Positions 58,855 through 64,000 of a stretch of 64,000 bases of DNA are shown here, piece after piece; the first letter of the stretch is position 1, and the number at the start of each line of letters is the position of its first letter. Position numbers and translations under genes: made by a program. The stretch spans positions 95,795 through 159,794 of the forward strand of contig JAZDJQ010000018.1 in the NCBI GenBank assembly GCA_043803765.1. The letters are read 5' to 3'. Below the pieces are notes generated by a model. That model was not told the origin of the DNA. It saw only the letters and a program-made list of their open reading frames with translations, and made no database searches. Source of the stretch: Candidatus Iainarchaeum sp. Lineage in GTDB: Archaea; Iainarchaeota; Iainarchaeia; Iainarchaeales; VGJJ01.

Positions 58855-59934
58855 ATGACTGAGGCAATGCTCCTGCTCGACCAACTCCAAGACGAACTGC
58901 ACAAAATCAAAAACACCCCATTCATACCATGGAATCAGGCCAACCGCACCCAACTAGTAGAAAAACTCCATCAATGGCACGCCCACACCAAGCAAGCAGG
59001 AGAACTACTCACTCTTCTTCAATTGGAACAACTCAAGTACGCGCAACTAAAAGAAGTCGACGTGCGCGAAGCCGAAACATTCATCAAAAAAACAGGAGAA
59101 ATGCTCGAACGCAACATCCAATTCGAAAAAGACAAAACAAAAAGAAAAATAGATTTAACCGAAAAAATAACCACCCCCGCACTCGGAGCCGAAATCGAAG
59201 CACGCATGCATCGGCAATGGATGGCACTACAACGCGTGCATGAACAATTCAATATTGCACTACGCAAAAGCATGAACGATGAACATCCTGTAAAAGGAAT
59301 GGAAGGAGAATTATTTTCCCTCATCCGAACAAAAGAAGACGAAATACAAAAAATCAAGCAAGAACGAGACGTGCTAAAAAGAGAAAAATACTTCGGACCA
59401 AACGAGAAATACTCCCTCACGGATATGGAAAACGAACTCCATGAGTTACTCCAACAATTTGCCATAGAAAAACACGCCGTATTCGACCATTTAGAATTAG
59501 GAAAGAAAAAAATAGACGAATATGCGAACCACCACATGCATTTAGAAAACAAAACAAAAAAATTGGAACACTTAGTAAGCGAATTACAGAAAAAACACCT
59601 AAACATTCTCACCATGCTCAAAAAAGAAAGAGATTACGCAAGAAAACTGGCAATGGATCTGGAAACCGAAACAGCCTCCGTGCGAGCACTCTACTCAAAA
59701 GAACTACTTACCCTCGAAGATAAGAAACACGCCATCAAAAAAGAAATAGAAGAAAAACACGCCCAAAAAATATTCCAATTAGAAAAGAAAGTAAAAGAAC
59801 AAGAATCACTCCTCAAAGAACTCGACGCGCTGGCAAGGGAAAAAGAAAGACAAATCCAACGCATGGCAGAAAAAATGCCATTCGAAAAAAACAAAGAAAC
59901 AATCAAAACAAAAAGACCAAGCGGAGTACAATAA
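58855..59934 (+). CDS. Long coiled-coil protein
   Basis: E/K/L/Q-rich heptad pattern; no catalytic motif seen. Confidence 0.75.
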   Translation: MTEAMLLLDQLQDELHKIKNTPFIPWNQANRTQLVEKLHQWHAHTKQAGELLTLLQLEQLKYAQLKEVDVREAETFIKKTGEMLERNIQFEKDKTKRKIDLTEKITTPALGAEIEARMHRQWMALQRVHEQFNIALRKSMNDEHPVKGMEGELFSLIRTKEDEIQKIKQERDVLKREKYFGPNEKYSLTDMENELHELLQQFAIEKHAVFDHLELGKKKIDEYANHHMHLENKTKKLEHLVSELQKKHLNILTMLKKERDYARKLAMDLETETASVRALYSKELLTLEDKKHAIKKEIEEKHAQKIFQLEKKVKEQESLLKELDALAREKERQIQRMAEKMPFEKNKETIKTKRPSGVQ

Positions 59935-59955
59935 TAAAAAGAATTGGAAAAAAAA

Positions 59956-60402
59956 TCAATTGGAAACCCACGCAACAACCTCAAGAGGAATCGCATTCAC
60001 ATCGGGCTGTTTTGCGTCCGCCGATTTCCACACCTTGACGCGAACCTCAAACGAAGAAGGGAGAGAAGAAACACTTTCATTAAATGAAAGAAACTCAATC
60101 CCACTAGGCGAAAGAGAAACATCCTTCCCACCCGCTTTCTTCCCATTCAACCAATACTCAACCAAATAAGAGGCCTTTTTCTGTTCAAACGAAGAAAGAC
60201 GCGCAACAAACGCAAGAGTGGCACCACGCTCAACGATATTCAGCGAAGGAAGCGCCTCCCACACGAGAGTAGAATACGAAGGAACTTCACGCGTGGGATA
60301 AATAACAAGAAAGGAAAGAACGAACAACAATAGCGCCAACCCGCATATTTTCCATAGACGCAACGCAGCCAATTCCACACTATCAGAGGAAGAAGAACGC
60401 AT
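59956..60402 (-). CDS. Membrane-anchored hypothetical protein
   Basis: ATG 60402 followed by a TM helix and a beta-rich domain. Confidence 0.6.
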   Translation of the reverse strand: MRSSSSDSVELAALRLWKICGLALLLFVLSFLVIYPTREVPSYSTLVWEALPSLNIVERGATLAFVARLSSFEQKKASYLVEYWLNGKKAGGKDVSLSPSGIEFLSFNESVSSLPSSFEVRVKVWKSADAKQPDVNAIPLEVVAWVSN

Positions 60403-60457
60403 ACTACTACTTCTGCAAGCGTGAACCTTTAATAGGCGCTTGCTCCTCTCAACGGGA

Positions 60458-62002
60458 ATGTACGACTCCAATGAACCATCTCCTGAGGAAGAAGAGAAGA
60501 ACACCCCCGAGTATGAAAGCCCATTCGAATCAGGAGGATATGTTCCAAATTCCTCTCCACTGGACCGCGCTAAGGAATTCCTCCAGCAACACGGAAAAAC
60601 AATCGCCATTGTCTTAGTATTAGGAATAATAGGATTTTTCATCTATGATTATTTCCTCGGCTCCCTCGTAACGGTAACCCTTGAAGCACGCAACACAGAA
60701 AATGTGATTATACCACTAGTAGAAGGAAAACTCTACGAGACAAACGGAAATAGTTCCATCAAAACATTTGCAGGAAACACTACGCTATCTTTACGACCGG
60801 GCGAATACCGAGTAGAATGGGATACGGGCATCACCGAATACGAAGACCTGGGGTCTATTTCACTACTCGTTGACCGAGCAAACCAAGAAGGGGGACAAAC
60901 TGAAAAAACAATACTGGAAAAAAACATCCCGGTAAACATCACCAACATTGATTTTCCAAGCGCATTAGTAGTAGGACAGAACGCAGCAGTAGGAACCGTT
61001 ACACTGGAAAACAAATCAACCCAAACCCAAACAATCGAATTAGTTTTTGAAGGAGACCTCGACCCCAAAATAATAGGAATCGCCACACAACCACCTATTA
61101 TTACACTCAACCCGAATGCTATCCTGCCCGTAACACTATCCATATCGGTTCCATCCACATCCATCGTGAAAAACATAAAAAATGGGGATGCAAAAAAAGG
61201 AAACGTACGAGTGAAATACACCAAGCCAAAAAAAGAAGCAAGCTACATTTTATTCAAATCACTCTCTTTGGATGTAACACCCAAAACACCGCAAACATTC
61301 AAGGCAACCGCCAACAAACTCTACACTAAAACGTTTACGTTGCGCAATACAAGCGGAATCGACAGCCCAGAAGGAGCAATCGCCGAAGCACTCGTAAAAA
61401 GTACCCAAAATAATGACATTCCCGACATACAAAAATGGTTCTCGTTCAATCCAACGCCACCCTTTTCTCTACTCAAAAAATCAGAAACAATGCCCGTCGT
61501 GCTCAACATACTCGCACCCATCACGGCAGCTAATGACACCATCACAGGAGAAATACACATCTACACAGGGTATTGGTCAGAACAAATACCCTTCACCCTA
61601 ACAATAGAAGAAGCCCCGATAGGGTTGAAAGTAACACTCGACGGAGGAATCGGAATCAAAAAATACACGATTAACAAGGACAGCATCACCGGACAATGGG
61701 AATTCAAAAACGCGCTGTTGAAACTGGAAAACACAGGAGACTTACCCATTGAGAACACACTATTAGAATTAGAAGGATGCGAAGCATACATCAAACAAGT
61801 AGACGAATCATTCTTCTACGATTTGATACTAAACGAAAATGGAAAAACAGGAGACGCGAAAACAACTACCTTACAAATAACCGCCCCCGCAACCGCATTA
61901 CCCGGAGCAACACAAAACTGCCTATTGCAAGTAACCTACCTCAACCCAAAAGACGGAGAAGCAATACAAGTGGACCCGATTACGGTACAAATCGAGACGT
62001 GA
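60458..62002 (+). CDS. Membrane-anchored Ig-like repeat surface protein
   Basis: Acidic N-terminus, TM helix, repeated L.N.G...I..P...G units. Confidence 0.75.
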   Translation: MYDSNEPSPEEEEKNTPEYESPFESGGYVPNSSPLDRAKEFLQQHGKTIAIVLVLGIIGFFIYDYFLGSLVTVTLEARNTENVIIPLVEGKLYETNGNSSIKTFAGNTTLSLRPGEYRVEWDTGITEYEDLGSISLLVDRANQEGGQTEKTILEKNIPVNITNIDFPSALVVGQNAAVGTVTLENKSTQTQTIELVFEGDLDPKIIGIATQPPIITLNPNAILPVTLSISVPSTSIVKNIKNGDAKKGNVRVKYTKPKKEASYILFKSLSLDVTPKTPQTFKATANKLYTKTFTLRNTSGIDSPEGAIAEALVKSTQNNDIPDIQKWFSFNPTPPFSLLKKSETMPVVLNILAPITAANDTITGEIHIYTGYWSEQIPFTLTIEEAPIGLKVTLDGGIGIKKYTINKDSITGQWEFKNALLKLENTGDLPIENTLLELEGCEAYIKQVDESFFYDLILNENGKTGDAKTTTLQITAPATALPGATQNCLLQVTYLNPKDGEAIQVDPITVQIET

Positions 62003-62056
62003 AAACGGGACAAAATTTTCTCTAGATTTTTAATGCTGCTGGAAATAGAACGATGA

Positions 62057-62389
62057 ATGAAAGGATTCACTGAATTACAATGGAAAGAAAACCTAGATGA
62101 AACAGACAAAAATGTTTTCATTGTACGCATACATGCAAACCTTTCAACACAAACAATACATTCATTTGCACTTATTTTTATCCATATAAAAGAAGACGAA
62201 CCGCATGAAATAGTCAAAGTAGACGGTCATTCATCAGAACGTGTCCACATCCACCAGCAATTCCTCAAACCTACAAGAAAAGAATACCATAGCCGGCCAC
62301 TCACAACCGATACGATAGAGTACTACATCGACTTCATTCACACCAATTGGAGATGGTTTCTCGCGCAATACAACGAAAACTATATATAA
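62057..62389 (+). CDS. Putative toxin, paralog of 7693..8016
   Basis: EIVKVDG...ERVHIH...PLT.DTIE...WR. Confidence 0.6.
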   Translation: MKGFTELQWKENLDETDKNVFIVRIHANLSTQTIHSFALIFIHIKEDEPHEIVKVDGHSSERVHIHQQFLKPTRKEYHSRPLTTDTIEYYIDFIHTNWRWFLAQYNENYI

Positions 62390-62402
62390 CAAAATGGGTT
62401 AT
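62386..62402. promoter_or_regulatory. Inverted repeat ATAAC-N7-GTTAT, putative operator
   Basis: Same motif, spacer and position as 8012-8030. Confidence 0.55.
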
Positions 62403-62409
62403 TTATGTT

Positions 62410-62766
62410 ATGACTCGAAAAAAAATTATTTTCAAAATCGGAGAAAGCATGAAAAAAGACATTCAGGCAGTATTCAAAAATCCAAAACAAGCACGCGATG
62501 GCACCACTACCGTATACCTCAAAAACTGGAAAGAACTCCTCACTGCACTAACTCCCCAGCGGATGGAAATGCTTCAAAAAACACTTGATTTTGCCGACAA
62601 AAAAATGGATGTGTGCGAATTGGCACGTAAAACACAGCGAAAACAGGCAGCCATATCCCGCGACCTCAAAATACTGGAAGCAAACGGACTAATAACCAAA
62701 ACAAAAAAAGGAAAAAACGTTTATCCAAAACTCAATGCAGAAGAAATTGTGATACAATTAAGTTGA
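62410..62766 (+). CDS. Winged-HTH protein, paralog of 8039..8407
   Basis: LTPQRM...VCELARKTQRKQAAISRDLKILEANGLI...VYP. Confidence 0.8.
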   Translation: MTRKKIIFKIGESMKKDIQAVFKNPKQARDGTTTVYLKNWKELLTALTPQRMEMLQKTLDFADKKMDVCELARKTQRKQAAISRDLKILEANGLITKTKKGKNVYPKLNAEEIVIQLS

Positions 62767-62770
62767 GAAT

Positions 62771-63826
62771 TTAAATATCCCTTTTTGTGTTCCTGAAATG
62801 CGAACCATATCTTTCCATACTTTCCCTTAATTGATTGGGAGTTAATTTTTTGCCCATTACTGGAACTACTAATATTGGTCTTCCCAACCCGTCATATACA
62901 GAAGAATATTCATTAACTAGCTTTTCTACTTTTTCAAATGGAACATAAAATCTTTCATTAACTCCCTCTTTAACTATCGTGGCAATTGCATAATAAGGTT
63001 TAATCTGATTTTTTATTAGTTTTTGATTTAATTCATTAAAAGTTTCTTGAGTATCGTTAATTCCCTTAAGAATTGGTGATTGGTTCAGGACCATAATTCC
63101 GTTTTTAGTTAATCTATAAATTGCATCAGTTGAAGATTCACTTAGCTCACTTGGATGAACAAATTGTGTAACGACATAGAATGGTTTTCCCTTACTTTTA
63201 TATTTATTAACTATTTTCAGGAAGGATTCATCTATTCTTGATGGTAAAACAACAGGTGCCCTTGTATGAAATCTAACTATGTCTACGTGCCCAATTTCTC
63301 TTAAACTTCTTAAGATCCCTTCTAATCTGGCATCTGAGGTCAGGAGAGGTTCTCCGCCAGTTAATATCACATCCTTGATGTTTGGATGCTTTGCAATATA
63401 ACCATATATTTGTCTTAATTCTTCTTGGTTTAATGATATATTTTCTTTGTCTCTGAAACACCATAAACAATGGTTCATGCATGAATAATTTGGAGAAACT
63501 AGCACTCTGTCAGGATACATTTGAGTTAATCCTTTTACCGGATTATTATCTAAATGATCATCATCAACTAATGTATGACGCGTTTCAATATTTTGGTCTA
63601 AATTCAATCTCGGTAAGACCATGTTTTTTACCTGTTCTAGCTCTTTCTCACTTTTTATTGAAGCGATTAAATCTTCGAGATATCTTCGGGGGATATTCAC
63701 CCCACTTTTTTGAACAACCTTCTCAATTTCAATTGCTTCTTGTTTGTTTACGCTTAGCGAAACATAATAATTTCTAAGTAAATCTATGCTTCTTATGTTC
63801 GTTCTAAGTTCTTCTTGCCAGTTCAT
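62771..63826 (-). CDS. KamA/EpmB-family radical SAM protein (lysine 2,3-aminomutase-like), AT-rich
   Basis: YPDRVL, CMNHCLWCFR, ILTGGEPL, RFHTR, NQSPILKGIND. Confidence 0.88.
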   Translation of the reverse strand: MNWQEELRTNIRSIDLLRNYYVSLSVNKQEAIEIEKVVQKSGVNIPRRYLEDLIASIKSEKELEQVKNMVLPRLNLDQNIETRHTLVDDDHLDNNPVKGLTQMYPDRVLVSPNYSCMNHCLWCFRDKENISLNQEELRQIYGYIAKHPNIKDVILTGGEPLLTSDARLEGILRSLREIGHVDIVRFHTRAPVVLPSRIDESFLKIVNKYKSKGKPFYVVTQFVHPSELSESSTDAIYRLTKNGIMVLNQSPILKGINDTQETFNELNQKLIKNQIKPYYAIATIVKEGVNERFYVPFEKVEKLVNEYSSVYDGLGRPILVVPVMGKKLTPNQLRESMERYGSHFRNTKRDI

Positions 63827-63969
63827 TTTGTTCTCTTAAGAGCAATAACATATTCCCAATATAGGCTCTGTTGACTTCCTCTTTTAGAGGAAGTTAATCG
63901 TTAAAGTGATTTTTCGGTTGATTATTTCCAAATTGTAGGTTAGTGCCTTTAGGAGTGCTTGTTTTTCTT

Positions 63970-63991
63970 GGTTCCCGCTCGAGCGGGAACC
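63970..63991. repeat. Perfect 22-bp palindrome GGTTCCCGCTCGAGCGGGAACC
   Basis: Identical to its own reverse complement. Confidence 0.9.
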
Positions 63992-64000
63992 CACGAACCC

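Noticed and set aside
1-64000. Most short ORFs in the six-frame track
   Set aside because: They are antisense or alternate-frame shadows of well-supported genes and show no motifs (for example 111..434 over tatD, and 2011..2574).

Overview
This is an archaeal chromosomal segment. GatE, an archaeal-type ProRS, Dph6, a DRG-family GTPase, an ATP-dependent ligase, a class III signal peptide and an A1-U72 tRNA-Gln all point that way. The compact layout and giant surface proteins suggest a DPANN lineage, possibly Iainarchaeota/Diapherotrites (inference). Housekeeping content: proS, aspS, asnS, gatE, lig, an intein-containing nrdJ, cobO, purA (split by a -1 frameshift at an A9 run), arcC-arcB, dus, an RsmB-type methyltransferase, a DEAD-box helicase and five intronless tRNAs (Trp-CCA, Pro-GGG, Pro-CGG, Gln-TTG, Ile-GAT). 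Accessory content: five putative toxin-antitoxin pairs, two AT-rich islets, a 714-aa pilin-like adhesin and a ~2465-aa vWA-containing surface protein. I found no CRISPR array, rRNA, integrase or transposase. Most notable: (1) a GGDEF protein in an archaeon, with altered base-recognition residues, near a C-terminally anchored diadenylate cyclase; (2) three unrelated genes (tRNA-Pro, tRNA-Gln, cobO) whose 3' ends are duplicated 92-96 bp downstream around a short palindromic insert, plus a one-gene cassette with direct and inverted repeats at tRNA-Ile; (3) the purA slippery-site frameshift; (4) several structured intergenic elements. All calls come from manual motif reading; no searches or folding programs were run.
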